Shown: positions 40,971-55,104, counted from the first letter of the stretch. The stretch is 64,000 nt of DNA from Eledone cirrhosa (GCA_964016885.1 OZ024741.1:346952001-347016000); one strand, 5' to 3'. Numbers and translations: made by a program. Notes: generated by a model not told the origin, from the letters alone.

Positions 40971-41658
40971 TATAAATATAAATATATATATATGTGTGTG
41001 TGTTTTTGAGTGTATGTGCGTGTCTGTGAGTGTGAGTGTGTCTATCTCTCTCTCTCTGTACATATAGGTCTGTCCGAAAAGTATGAACAATATGGTGATG
41101 CAACATTACGTTGATGTGCAAAGCCGTGTTGGTTATTACATTCTCAACGCTTACATACTTGTTTTAACATAATAAAGTGAGTCTGTCATATGTTATTGCT
41201 CCTTGTGTACAGACGTGTGTATACCCTCTGCTACCTTTGCTATGCAGGAAAATATTACCTTACGAATTTCTATTTGCACTCTAAGCGGGATGATATGAAG
41301 CCCAGATGATCCCGCTTCGACTGAAATAAGTAATTCGATGCTTAAACTTTTAATCTGTACACATCTGATAAATATGTATGATATGATCATTGCATGAAAA
41401 TGCCATTGAAATATCTATTATGCAATAAAAAATTATGCCAAGGTAAACCTGTCTTAGCGATATTTCGTAAATTAAAACTACATCACATATAATCAACTAC
41501 ATTCCCCCGAGGATATACTACTGACGTTCAGTACTTTTGACAGCTTAAAGCGGTTTATCTTAGAGGCATTACAACGCGTAACCTCCACGGATAAGCATCC
41601 TAATTATCTCAATATATAAATACATATATATATTTGTATACACACACAGAGACACACG

Positions 41659-41729
<71 letters not shown>

Positions 41730-41731
<2 letters not shown>

Positions 41732-41961
41732 CGAAGGAAATGTGGTAAGGAACCAGGTGGACCATAACGCACCAAAGTACTCAATACTTGAGGTAGTAGA
41801 GTGGGTAATAGGAACCAGTAAGACCCCGACAGCTGAGCTCAAGCCGTTTCGACGGCTAATTCTGGACTAAATTCTTAGTCCAGAATTCTGGACTAATTCT
41901 TAGTCCAGAATTAGCCGTCGAAACGGCTTGAGCTCAGCTGTCGGGGTCTTACTGGTTCCTA
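41730..41961. mobile_element. Mini fold-back of the Naiad pLTR end with double-hairpin centre, in (TA)n
   Basis: Long arm matches 13865-13988. Centre reads aattctggactaa-attc-ttagtccagaatt-ctggactaa-ttc-ttagtccagaatt. Confidence 0.88.
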
Positions 41962-41984
41962 TATATATATATATATATATATAT

Positions 41985-43995
41985 CCGCAGAGGTTACCCC
42001 CCTTCTCTCGTCCACACCGCTCTCACCCGCGCCCGTGCTGTCCCCCGCTCCACCACCCTCACCCCACGCCACCGCACATCCACCCACCGTCTCCCCTTCC
42101 CCATCACCTACCACCCCTCCACCTTACCCCTCCACCGCACCATCCGCCGCCTCTTCCGACGCCTCCAGTCCGACCCCTCCACCTCCCACATCTTCCCAAC
42201 CCCACCACTCCCCTCCTTCAAACGCACACGCAATCTCCGCACCCTCCTCGTCCACAGCTCCCTACCCCCCAACCCACGCTCTGTCCCTCCCGGTTCATTT
42301 CCCTGTTCTAGGCCCCGCTGCAACACCTGTCCCCACATCACCAACACCACCACCTTCCAGGGTCCCAACGGCCACTCTCTCTCGGTCCGGCATGCCTTCC
42401 GTTGCACCTCCTCCAACCTAGTCTACGGACGGGACGTCGCCTGGCGGACCGATTCACGGAGCACCTCCGGGATATTCGTCTCGGGGGTAGTTCCCCCATC
42501 GCCCGCCACTTTGGTGGCCCTGGACATTCCGCACGCCATCTCACAGTCTGTGGCCTACTCCAGTGCCACGGAACACCCGCCAATCGCCTTACGGTCGAAC
42601 AACGAACTATCTTGATCTTACAGACCCACACTCCCCCCGGCCTGAACTCCCCACCCTTATTCCTTTAGCCTTCGACACCCCCCTCCCCTCACACTTATCC
42701 CCCACTAGCACCACTAACACACCCCTCCTTTTCACCGCCCACCCCACAACTAACAATACTAACATATTCACTCCACCCCTCATCTGACCACCCTTCCCCA
42801 ACTAACATACTAACATCCCTCCCTTCTTCTCCTCCTCCCCCTCCTTATCACACGCACACACCCACCGGCACATATATACACGCGCTCACACTAAACACAC
42901 ACCCTACTACCACCACTAACCCTCACCCCCACACCTCCATCCTACCTCCCCGCAACTAACCTCACTAACAACCCCTAACCCCAAGCACACGAACACACGC
43001 ACCCACTTACACCACCCACCCCACACGCAACTAACATCACTAACACCCCCCCAACCCCACGCACACGTACCCACACACCCTCGTACACCACCAACTCTAC
43101 ACACCCTACCACCACTAACCCCCACTCACACCAGCATTCAACCCCTCCCCACCTCCCATATACTAACACCCACTAACACCTCTTCATCAAACTACACACA
43201 CACCAGTACACCACACTCCCTCCATAGAACCACACACACCCTTCTCTCCCCGCTCCACCCACACCCTCGCTCCACACTCACTGATCCCACTAACACCTCT
43301 ACTAATACACACACACACACCCTCCTCACTCCAACTTTCACACCTACCCATCCTCGCCCCTTTACCATTCCACCGACTGCGGCTATGCCCTCTGACCACC
43401 TCCCAGCACAAACAGACACACAGCACTCCCACTGCTTGAACACTACCTGTTGCGCGCGCACCTCACATCTCTCCTCTTCCGACCAACGCTTCATGGAATA
43501 CCCACACGCAGAAATTGACCAACACAGAATCCACTAAACATCTTCGGAATGTACCTACTTTTCAACCATCCTCTTACGTAATCACCTATATAACTCACCC
43601 ACACACACCCCAGAAAAATTTTTTTCTCCACACGCCATCTACACCCACAACACGCTTAAACCCCACACACACGTGCTTTTTACCACATATTTACACCTTC
43701 AGCCTCCTGATTCCTCTCCCCCCCCCACCCCTCTATCCACACACGCACAGACACTCTGACCCCCCACACACATCTCTTCCTGAACATGCAACCCCGTTCT
43801 TCCCCCAACCCTTACTTTGACATACACACACACACACACACACGCACACCTACACACACACACCACCTTCAGTCCTCCCCGCTCGGACACCCCGTCTCCC
43901 TCTCCCCACTCCACTCGCCACCACCCCTACACACCCCACACACTTCCACCACCTGTTGTACCACCCTTTTAATTTCAGTTTATTTTGATCATGCC
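41985..43995 (+). mobile_element. 5'-truncated Neptune-like PLE (Cys linker + deleted GIY-YIG, C/A-rich 3'UTR)
   Basis: FPCSRPRCNTCPHI, FRCTSSNLVY, TGRRLADRFTEHLRDI..SPIARHF, EQRTILILQTHTPPGLN. Confidence 0.85.
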
Positions 43996-44005
43996 TTTAT
44001 ATGAG

Positions 44006-44650
44006 TTGAGATGGAGGGTCTGTGGTTTTTCTCACATCTGGTTGGTCTCTGAATCTTACTTGTTTTATATGGAAAAAGTGGCTCGAAATGCCAGGTTTTT
44101 CGAGAAGTAATTTGATTGGTTTGTCAATAATTATAATAAATTTCGCGCCAGTTCGCGTTACAATAGTTCTTCAAATAAGAGGGGGGGGGTTGTCACAGGT
44201 TGTTTTTTCATATATGAGTGTTTGAATTTCTTTTCACTTGAAAAAAGGAGGCTCACGAAGGCTTTTTTTTTGGTTGGTTATAAATGAATTTATGGCTGTC
44301 ACGTGAACATTTTTTCAAGTAAAAAGAAATTCAAACAGTCATATATGAAAAAACAACCTGTGACAAACCCCACCCCTCTTATTTGAAGAACTATTATAAC
44401 GCGAACTGGCGCGAAATTTATTATAATTATTGACAAACCAATCAAATTACTTCTCGAAAAACCTGGCATTTCGAGCCACTTTTTCCATATAAAACAAGTA
44501 ACATTCAGAGACCAACCAGATGTGAGAAAGACCACAGACCCTCCATCTCAAGTCACCTTTTGAAAAGTAGAAGAACTGCGAAACCGGTAAAGGAACCAAA
44601 TAAATATATATATTTAAAAAAAAAATAAGACTCCAGTTGCATTTTCGATT
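44006..44650. mobile_element. Fold-back pLTR fragment related to the pLTR of the 17556-21834 palindrome
   Basis: 44006-44245 is the reverse complement of 44309-44551. 44405-44593 aligns with 21480-21713. Confidence 0.8.
44556..44593 (+). ncRNA. Minimal U3-A8 hammerhead, intact core
   Basis: cctt TTGAAAA gtag-aagaa-ctgc GAAA ccgg TA aagg. Palindromic accggt stem III. Confidence 0.85.
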
Positions 44651-44653
44651 TCA

Positions 44654-44742
<89 letters not shown>

Positions 44743-45069
44743 ATAAATTAACGGAGGCATAGGCCCTCGCTATTCCCTGTAAATAATGTGCTCAAAGGAG
44801 AAGAGGTCCTGAGCTCTTTAAAATACAGTATGTTGAAAAGGTATCACACCAGAGAGAGATATACAGTGCGTTATCGATAATACAGGGGAAAAAAACCACC
44901 AGTGTATGGAATCTATAACCTATGAAAGGCAGACTATAGACACGATAATTAAAAATATAAAGTAAAGCGTAAATAAATACTACTATAACTATATAACACA
45001 CGTTTTTTCCCTGTATTATCGATAACTCACTCTGGTGTGTTACCTTTTCAACATATTGTATATATATAT

Positions 45070-46361
45070 ATTGTTATACTTTCGGAGGGTCATGTTGCCA
45101 ATAAGAAACACACGTACCAGCTGCTTTCACTTCAATTTATTATAATAAATTTATAAATTTTGGAATTTATAAATATCCGGTTGGTTGATTGGTTGGTTCC
45201 ACAACCAGATGATTGTTTATATATTGTCAAAGTTCTTTCGTCACACATTCTGTGACCTCTTCGGTGACTGGGGATACTTTTCTTTGTTTTTGTGCCTCTC
45301 CTTTGCTCTGTCATACGCCATCTTTTTTGTGTGTGTGTGTTGTGTGCTTAGTTTGCGCATGTGTTATATTCGTTTATTTATTTGTTTATTTACACGTTAC
45401 TGGTTGGTTGTTTGTTCTATGTGCGTGTGTTTTGATTTTGTCCTTAATTGTAAGTTGTGATGCTGCTGTTCCATTCATGTGTTCTATTTAATTTTGGTTG
45501 GAGTTCATTTATGTTTATTGCCTCTGTGATATGTCTAAACATTGCGTCTCACCTATGTACACTATATTTTTATATCTACATTGTCCTTCCGTACATCTTA
45601 TGCTATATACTACATTTCTGTAAAACGATGTAGAGATAAAAATATAGTGTACATAGGTGAGACTGCTCGTAGTACAGGGGAACGGATAAATGAACACTGG
45701 CGAGACCTTCAAGATAGTAAAGAATCATCTGTACTCTACCAACATGTTAAAATAGAACATAAGGGTAAATTAGAGAACATAGAAATAAAAATAGAATCTA
45801 CACACAGAAAAGACGCAATGTTTAGACAAATCACAGAGGCAATAAACATAAAAGAATTACAACCAAAATTAAATAGAAAACATGAATGGAACAGCAACAT
45901 CACAACTTACAATTAAGGACAGAATGAAAACACACACGCACATAGAACAAACAACCAAGCAGTAACATGTAAATAAACAAATAAATAAACGAATATAAAC
46001 ACACACAGTCACCCGGATGTAACACATGAGCAAACTAAGCACACCACACACACACAAAAACAAGATGGCGTAGGAGCGAACAAAGGAGAGGCACAAAAAG
46101 AAAGAAAAGAATCCCCAGTCACTTAACAGGTCACATAATGTGTGACGAAAGAACTTTGACAATATATAAACAATCATCTGGTTGTGGAACCAACCAAATA
46201 ACCGGAAATTTATAAATTCCTAAATTTATTATATATAAATTAAAGTGAAAACACCTGGTGCGTGTGTTTCTTATTGGCAACATGACCCTCCCAAAGTATA
46301 ACAATATCTGTTTCAACACACGTTTTCAGATAAAGAATCTTGCTAAACAAATTCAGAAACG

Positions 46362-46365
<4 letters not shown>
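45070..46365 (+). mobile_element. Nematis-like PLE 3' fragment (GIY-YIG at 45626-45916) with inverted duplication 45070-45616
   Basis: NIVYIGETARSTGERINEH..SSVLYQH..MFRQITEAINI..LNRKHEWN. Mutated HHRs at 45225-45269 (minus) and 46117-46161 (plus). Confidence 0.88.
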
Positions 46366-46406
<41 letters not shown>

Positions 46407-47751
46407 AATGGAATAGAATGAAACGAAATTTCATTTCTCACTCTTAGTACGGCACTTACTTAAATGTAAGTATGTATGTCTGTATACGTACATACATATA
46501 TGTATACAGTGTCAGTGTTAAATAAAATGGTGACGTGGTTGCCTAAACACTGTACGGCATAATTCGGGATGTTTGCTTGTTTACAAACATTATAATAAAT
46601 GTTCGGTAAAATGATTCCCGAATTTAAAAATTATTTAGCTATATTATGAGTTATAGTATTGTATATATAATCAATTAGATTATCTGAAGAATTATGGTTG
46701 CAAGTACATTTTATCTTATTACATTACAACAGGTTGTAAGTATATTAATATCTATATAGATTAATAATTGTGCATGTATAAGTATTATTGGTAATTTTAT
46801 AGAAATAGAAATAAATCACAATTATTAGTTGTTTACATTTGTCATATGAGTTACGAAGGAAGTTGATTTTACATTATACATAAAAAAACACGTAGTTCAA
46901 GTTGTAAAAGGAGAACAATTTGTAGATTCAAATATTTTGTTCCAACATTGAAAATGTTTTCAGAATATTGTTAATTTAGCTAAGTTATATAGTTTATTAT
47001 ACATATTATAATGTTTATGTTTGCTCCATTGAAAAGGAAAAGATAACTCCAATCTTGTTTGCTAACCGTTAAATTTGATGAATGATTTACTCATAAAATA
47101 TATAGAGAGAATTATATATTATTTTGTGTGAGATTAATTTTTTTAAGGATGAGAGTTTCAATTATATATTATTTTAGTCGAAAGATGTGTGAAAGTTTGA
47201 AGATCAAAGAAGAGGAAAAAAGTATCGTGCATTTCGACGAACTATCGTAAAGAGGATATCTTTCAGAATGTCAATTAAAGATTATGAATCTACATCGAAA
47301 AAAATAAATTTAGAGAAATATCATTAAGAAAATAATTTCAAACGGTAAAAATATTAAAATTAAGAAGGAAGAACATTTAAAAAAATTTAAATTTTTAAAG
47401 AAATACTCAGTAAATAATAGGATCATTTTAACGGTGTATAAGATATAGGAATCATATTCCTACAAATTGTTAATTCTTTTTAAATTAACGTAAATACCAG
47501 ATCTTCTTTCTTTCTTTATTTGTCTTCTTCCCACACATACATATATCCTAATTATTTAAATCTACATAGCGTCTCAAAATATCGGTTTTTTTTCAGCCCT
47601 ATAACTCAACCTCATTTGCATACTCATCTTAATAGTTTGAAATATTTGACTTTTCTTCTCTTTCGTTTCTTTCCTTCACTATCCAGGAAAAACTTGAACC
47701 GTTAAGTTATTCTTTCCTGGTTATGTCAATATTTATAAAACAAACGTTGTA

Positions 47752-47812
47752 TTTTATCTGATGAGGGCGTACCAAAGTATTGGTACCCTAGAAAAATATA
47801 TAATATAATAAA
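47752..47812 (+). ncRNA. Degenerate hammerhead-like motif
   Basis: tttat CTGATGA gggcgtaccaa-agta-ttggtaccc ta GAAA aatatataata TA ataaa. It follows an AT-rich region (46500-47400) that may be a decayed PLE. Confidence 0.45.
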
Positions 47813-47841
47813 TATGGTTTTATAAATATAGTTTCCATTTA

Positions 47842-47986
<145 letters not shown>

Positions 47987-48017
47987 ATATATACATTTGT
48001 ATATATATATACATTTG

Positions 48018-48126
<109 letters not shown>

Positions 48127-48153
48127 CTATATATATCTATATATATACAAATG

Positions 48154-48185
<32 letters not shown>

Positions 48186-48445
48186 TATACATATATATGC
48201 GTTTGTGTGTCTGTATATTTGCATATAATTTCATACAGAATTATATTCATATTTATTAATTGCCTCTAGATATTTTTCCTTTGTTGTTTAGTAGGTGAAT
48301 TTCCGAGAAAAGTGATTTTACATTATATATGACAGAAGTGCCATTGTCATTAATTTCCATATTCGCGTAATGTTTATTATTCAAAAGAAAGAGACTCTGT
48401 ATTTACACATACTAAGACATACGTACTTACGAAAATTTATTGGTG

Positions 48446-48515
<70 letters not shown>

Positions 48516-48593
48516 TCTCTCTCCATCTCTCTCTGTCTGTCTGTGTTGTTCTATATCTATATTTATTTCTCTATCTAAGTATATATATGAATG

Positions 48594-48637
<44 letters not shown>

Positions 48638-48868
48638 AAACACACACATATATATGTATATATACAGCAATTCATATTTCGTAACATCTCTCTCTTTATC
48701 TTTCTCTCTATTTATATATCTATATATCTAAATGTACATATATATATATATATATATATTTAGGTTTGTTGGTTCACAACTAGATATAATTGGTCATTCC
48801 GTATAGTCAATCTTGATGTAATATTATTGATGTTATTTTATTTAGAATTATATATATACACACACACA

Positions 48869-48926
<58 letters not shown>

Positions 48927-49098
48927 AATATACGTGCAATGACAATTTAGACTTCATGGGTAAGTAAAGGAAAAAAAAACGGAAATAATTACAATGTTAA
49001 GAATATATACTTTTTGTGTTTTGTTTGATCGACGTATATCTTATTGACGAATAAAATCACATCATAATATCAGGATATGTTGCACTTATAGTCAATAC

Positions 49099-49478
49099 TT
49101 GTTTCTACTTTAGGCACAAGGCCAGCAATTACCCAGTGCATTACTGGTACTTTATTTTATCGACCCCGTAAGGATGGAAGGCAAAGTCAACCACGGCGGG
49201 ATTTGAACGCAGATCGTAAAGGGATGTAACTATGCTGGAAAACTTGGCGTCCGACCCTCGACCGATACTGCTGTAAAATTGATTAGTATCTGTTATCGGC
49301 AGTATCGGTAGAGGGTCGGACGCCATGCTTTCCACCATAGTTACGTCCCTTTACGATCTGAGTTCAAATCCCGCCGAGGTTGACTTTGCCTTTCATCCTT
49401 ACGGGGTCGATAAAATAAAGTACCAGTAATGCACTGGATAATTGCTGGCCTTGTGTCTAACGTAGAAACAATTATTAT
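49099..49478. mobile_element. Head-to-head pair of SINEs (49099-49275 minus, 49297-49478 plus); an older copy lies at 49660-49815
   Basis: Both match 4419-4604. Confidence 0.82.
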
Positions 49479-49979
49479 TTTCAAAATTCTATTTGCAATT
49501 TGACTTGTCGTATCGAAGATAATTGTAAGCTCTCGAGAAAAAAATGATTGATTTTATATATATTATATATATAATATTATATTATATATATTATATTGTA
49601 TATATAATTATTATCATTATTATTATCATTGACAAAATACGATAAGAGTAATTACTTCAGTGCTTTACTTTCTGGTTTCAAATCCCACCGAGGTTAGCGT
49701 TTCTTGTCATCCTTGCGGTGTCGATGAAATAAAACACTAATAAGGAAATAGGTCGATTTAATCGACTTTCTCCTCCCTCTAAGAGTATGGGCCTTGTGTC
49801 TAAATCAGAAATCATCATTATTATTTGAAACATCTTTTGAATTCGGCTTCTTTCCACTATTATGTCGCGTGTAAACCTGATACCTGAGGCCAAATCATAT
49901 AATACACACATTTTACAATCAAGTGTCATATAAATTATGGCACAAGGACACAAACATCAGTGAATCTCTTTGCAAGGAT

Positions 49980-50560
49980 TTAAATAAATAAAGTTTTTCT
50001 CACTATATAGACTGTGCTAGTCAGGACAATTTTCTGTATCTCTTGCAGGTGTCTGGTCCAAATATTTCTCAGTTCCGTCTTTTATCATTCTAAGTGTGCC
50101 GACTATCATTGGTAATGTACAGGACGTAAGATGCCACAGCACATTTTCTCATTTTCATTTGATAAATCCCGATATAAACTGAGCTTTCCAAACCATTTTG
50201 AGGAGATATTACGATTAGATGGAGAGATCATGTCATGATTTCCTTTTATGGAAATTCACAATTAAATCATATCTGATGGCCTTGATTATTGAGTCAGAGT
50301 TCACAGGGAATTAGCGTAGAATTGTCACGTTATCGCATCATTTTAATGCATGTAGGTGCTGGTTGTACCCTTTTCCCTGTGTTTTCAGACCATAGAGCCT
50401 ACACATTACCCAGTGTATGTATTGTTCCACTCTTTCATGCCTCGTTTTATATTCCTGGGGAGTTAATCATTTGAGGCCTGAAACCAGGTGGTCAATGGTT
50501 TGAACATTCTTATCACAGAATCGACAGTTTGTGTATCGACTAATGTGTACTGAAGCCGTC
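49980..50560 (-). pseudogene. R4/Dong-like non-LTR retrotransposon C-terminus (CCHC + restriction-like endonuclease)
   Basis: CRFCDKNVQTIDHLVSG, EYKTRHERVEQYIHW.MC, IIKAIRYDLIV (cf. NRPD), PMIVGTL, EIQKIVLTSTVYIVRK. Confidence 0.8.
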
Positions 50561-52953
50561 AGGATTAGGGATCTGATAGATCCTGGCCTGTGTGGTACTT
50601 AATGGTACTGCAGCAGCAGTATATACAATAATATTCAATAACTGCAGTAGGAACAGCAACGTCATAAACATCTGCAACACCACCAGAATCACCAACAACT
50701 GACAACGTGAAAAATACTCAGATTGTCTCCCAACGAAGTTCTCTCATTCTCTCTCTGTCTCTCTCTCCATCTCTCTCTGTTCCCCCCTGTCTCTCTCTGT
50801 CTTCTCTAAACACAAACACACTCATAGACACTCACACAAAAACAAACAACTCTCACCTATATTCGAAACTGTAGACACAGTTTGTGTATACATTTAAAAT
50901 ATTTCTGAGTATCCTGGCCCTCTATGTATTGTTGTTATACTGCAGTCATAATTTATATTCCGAAAACATATTTATATACAACATTGCGATAATATTTAAT
51001 ATAAATCTTCTCATTAATTCTGCTTTTTACCAAGCAAATTTTCTATCGATCTGATAATTTCCTATCTGTGAGATAACTAATTACAGGGTGTAGCGATAAC
51101 ACACAATTTAGCAACCACATTACAGTTAACCATAATTGAAATATTTTTGAAAATTGTTAAATCTGATAGACTGATTTTGAGTATAAATTGTTTACATTAA
51201 CTAGCCAACAGAAACGAAATATTAATCACTTGAATTGAAATGTAAAAATCTATAACATTAACGGCATTCTTGAAAGGAGCAGCAAATATTGCCTGATTGG
51301 ATAGATATTCAAAGCATATAACTTTCACAAACTATATTAGAGCAGTATGTAAATGTCACTGCTCATTTTTAACTCTTGAATTCTTATATGAGTGAGTCTC
51401 CTCAAATTTAGCCATTTGTCCAGACAAGCACGATTGTCCAGACAATCACGATTAAAAACAGTGTCCATCACTATATCAAACCAATGAGCAATAGTTAGAT
51501 TGAATTTGGCTGTTTCCTATCTTTAGAATCCCAGCAAAGGGTCCCCATGAGATACGAGAAATCTGGGGATTATAATGAACAATTTAGCATATTAAATCAC
51601 AAAATATCCGGATTTATTTTTCATTTTATTATATTATTATTGTTTATTATTATGTAGCTGTTTCTCGGCTCCAAATAGGATGTAGACATATTTCATAGTC
51701 TTTAAATGCACGAATAACTTATAGAAGTTTCCGAACCAGCATTGACCCGTGGTATTTCATCATGACAAACGAAACCGTGGAAGTTGGTTCGTTGCTATCC
51801 CCGGTATGATTGAAACTGAAAGCAAGCTAAGTCTAGTACATTCAGGTTAATTTAATATACCAATTCTAACTTGAGTATGGCATTTAGAAAGCCTGAATTA
51901 ATAACAACACACACAGTTAGCTCTAATTCCATATTAAATATAATGCTTTCTGGTTTTAAGTTGAGGAGAAATGATGAAACTTATAACGAATTACTTTCCT
52001 CGTACATAAATTACGTTTTTATAAAAAGTTATTGTATTGGATATATATCAATTATATTTTTCTATTGAAGAAAATATACTCTCTCGCCAAAGAACATCGA
52101 AAGTTGGTATAACCGCAATGTTTTAAATATGTAATACTAGCAGGCCCGTCCTGCTGGCGTCCGGCTAGGTATACCGGCATTTTATCTATTCAGGAAGCCC
52201 CCCTCCACTCCAGTGCAAAGATACCGCACGCCCTCTCAAGTCACATTGTCGTTCCGAGTACATATCAAGGGGGAGGTGCTATTGTGGTGACTCATTTGTG
52301 ACGCGTGAAAATTACCACCACCACCACTGGCATGTTCAACGACCATAATCACTCGATTCCGTGATATAAGTTTTAACTGTGGTGTTGGACCATTAGTTTT
52401 TCCACAATCCTGCTATTGTCGCACTGGTTGTGAGGGCTTTCTAAAATATCTGATGCATGCCTACCGCCAGGCGCAATCCGGCTGGGCCTGCTAGTTTAAT
52501 ATACTGGCAAGTAGCATGGAATATAGTGGTGATTTCGGCCGAATGCGTCAACTCGCTGCTTGATTGTCTTCATGCTCCCTGTTGTTACCAGCATGACCCT
52601 CACTGACCTATATTTCCTATTCCAGTAAACATGCCCATCACTTCTTTCTATGTAAGTCTGGATGAAATGCTAGTGGCAAGTGTGTGGTTTTCAAAAAGTT
52701 CCTGCACTATCTTCCGACTACGGAGCTAAGGGGGGAAAGCTATTGTGGTGACTCAATCTTAGTGTGTTTATAATTATAGCTCACTACGGTGTGCAGATTC
52801 CACCTCACACACGCGTCATCAATGACCCCCGAAAGTTAGCGCCAGCTTGCTTCACACCTTGGGCGTGTGTCTAACTCCTTCACCTGAGCCTTTAAACCCA
52901 ATTATCTTTGATATTCGCCTGGCCGTCCTATGTAACCCTCTGTCACACACACG

Positions 52954-53044
<91 letters not shown>

Positions 53045-53219
53045 TCACACGACAACCCCATCAATTACGCATAGCGCTTGTTTTCGAGGACATAACAAAT
53101 AATTTTTTTCCCAGTATATTTTGATTTTTCAGTCACTGATACCAACATTCTTATTAATTACTGTAGGCACACAGATATTGATGACAGCCCTGTAACAAAT
53201 TTGCCCAGAATTGTTCTAC

Positions 53220-53816
53220 TTATGCTCTCTTAAAAATCTGACTTAGTTTTGCAAGGACCTGTATGGCACATTGATGCTGTAATGCAATGTTGATGCAGTC
53301 AGCTTGTGAACTCTCCTGCTGAAATCTGGCCTGTTCTGTCTGTGTTGCTCCCCTGCCTTCTTCCTGTTGAAGGCGAGACTGGCGCTGCTCTTGAGACTGG
53401 GCTGATCGAATGGCTCTCGCACGAGTCCTCACTTGCTGAAGGCGAGACTGACGCTGCACTTGAGACTGGGCTGATCGAATGGCTCTCGCATTAGTCATCA
53501 GTTGCTGAAGACGTGACTGGCGCTGCTGTTGAGACTAGGTTGATCGAATGACTGTCGCATGAGTCCTCATCTGCTGAAGACGAGACTGGCGCTCCTCTAG
53601 AGACTAGCCCGCTCGACTGGCTCTTTCATGAGTCATCATCTGCTGAAGGCGAGACTGGCGCTCCTCTTGAGGCTGGCGTGCTCGACTGACTCTTGCATGA
53701 GTCCTCATCTGCTGAAGGCGATGTTCATGATCATCTTCAGACTCTGCTGCTTTAGTAACATTTTTTTCTTCTGGAAAATCGGATCTCGCGGCCAGGCCGG
53801 GTCTTTTGGGTGGCAT
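53220..53816 (-). pseudogene. Helitron-type N-terminal 23-aa (69-bp) STPR-like repeats
   Basis: MPPKRPG..ESEDDHEHRLQQMRTH, then xQSRLQQ repeats at a 69-bp period (about 53366, 53435, 53504, 53573, 53642); contains stops. Confidence 0.65.
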
Positions 53817-54312
53817 ATCAGCAGTAACAATGATTGTTCGAACAGAGTCATGTTTGCTCTTGATATAGGTGTTATTCAGGGAAGAGCGACGCATAGAAAT
53901 CGAATAACCAATCAAGTTATGATGGGTCGATCATGACTGATAGTGATTGGCTTCAGTTAAAATGTGATTGCACGCGCGTGAGTCAAAATGTCAAAGGGGG
54001 CATTGTGTTGTTTAGTGATATTGGTGGTGCTAATCTGTATGCCGCATACAGATTAGCACCACCAATATCACTAAACAATACAATGCCCCCTGTGACATTT
54101 TGACTCACGCGCGTGCAATCATTATCAGTCATGATCGACCCCTCATAACTTGATTGGTTATTCGATTTCTATGCGTCGCTCTCCCCTGCATAACACCTAT
54201 ATCTATATCAAGAGCAAACATGACTCTGTTAGAATAATCATTGTTACTGCTGATATGCCACCCAAAAGACCCGGCCTGGCCGCAAGATCCGATTTTCCAG
54301 AAGAAAAAAAAA
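53761..54312. repeat. ~550-bp fold-back (1-nt spacer at 54043)
   Basis: ctaatctgtatgc-c-gcatacagattag. The right arm ends in A/(TA)n. Confidence 0.9.
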
Positions 54313-55104
54313 ATATATATATATATATAAATATAGCTGACGTACCTATCTTCGCTTGGATAAACAGACGATAAGCCGTCTCTGTTTTCGTACAGTAGAA
54401 CTAAATGTAAACAAATCGCTGCGTAGTTAACGAAATAAATACAATGATTGTTTATATTTGTTTTTGTAGTTCTGTTTTCCGATGTAGTGTGTATTTGTTT
54501 ATGCAAAAATATATGTACACGAATATATAATTATATGTATATATATATATAATTAATTAAAAGTTGGTTAGAAGCGAAGTCAATGCAGACAGGCAGGCAT
54601 ACATACAGATAATATAAGCACGCGACGCTATAGCTATGTATCTATCTAAAAATACAGAGTAAGAAAGAGAGAGGAATGTCGTATTATATATATTATATAT
54701 AATAAAGTACCAGTAATGTACTTTCTTCCTCGGAAAAAGTTATATTTTTGGTGCAAATTTGGTGCCGTTTGGTACAGCCGTTTGGCCAAACCTTTGTTTC
54801 ATACATAGATACATACATACGGCCATCAGCTTTTTCAATATATATTGCTAGTACCAAAGCTAATCCTGTCGTAGGTATTACGTCAGCGTTTATCAGCAGA
54901 TGACCTAAGAGTGCATTATGAAATAATGCATTCAGAAAATGTAGCTGCTTTTATCAGCATGTGAAGCGATAAGGGAGATTTTTTTCCTTCTTTGCGCGGA
55001 GATAATAATATTCCTATTGAGGTATATGAGAGGCATGCTCCAAGCCGTGAAGCAGCTTTTTCTAAGAAGTTGCTAGTGCAAATGTGTAGTGTAATAATTT
55101 TTTA

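Noticed and set aside
41928-42421. Proline-rich ORFs resembling extensins
   Set aside because: They are off-frame translations of a C-rich PLE remnant.
44824-45060. Inverted repeat with TTGAAAA as a possible ribozyme
   Set aside because: The inverted repeat is real, but no GAAA, stem III or stem I could be built and the family is unidentified.
50030-50118. Apparent plus-strand exon with strong acceptor (tctcttgcag)
   Set aside because: It is explained by the minus-strand R4/Dong-like endonuclease remnant.
54894-54947. Hammerhead-like fold (cagc/gctg, 10-bp stem II, GAAA..UA)
   Set aside because: The 5' core (AGATGAC) and spacing are non-canonical; too degenerate to call.
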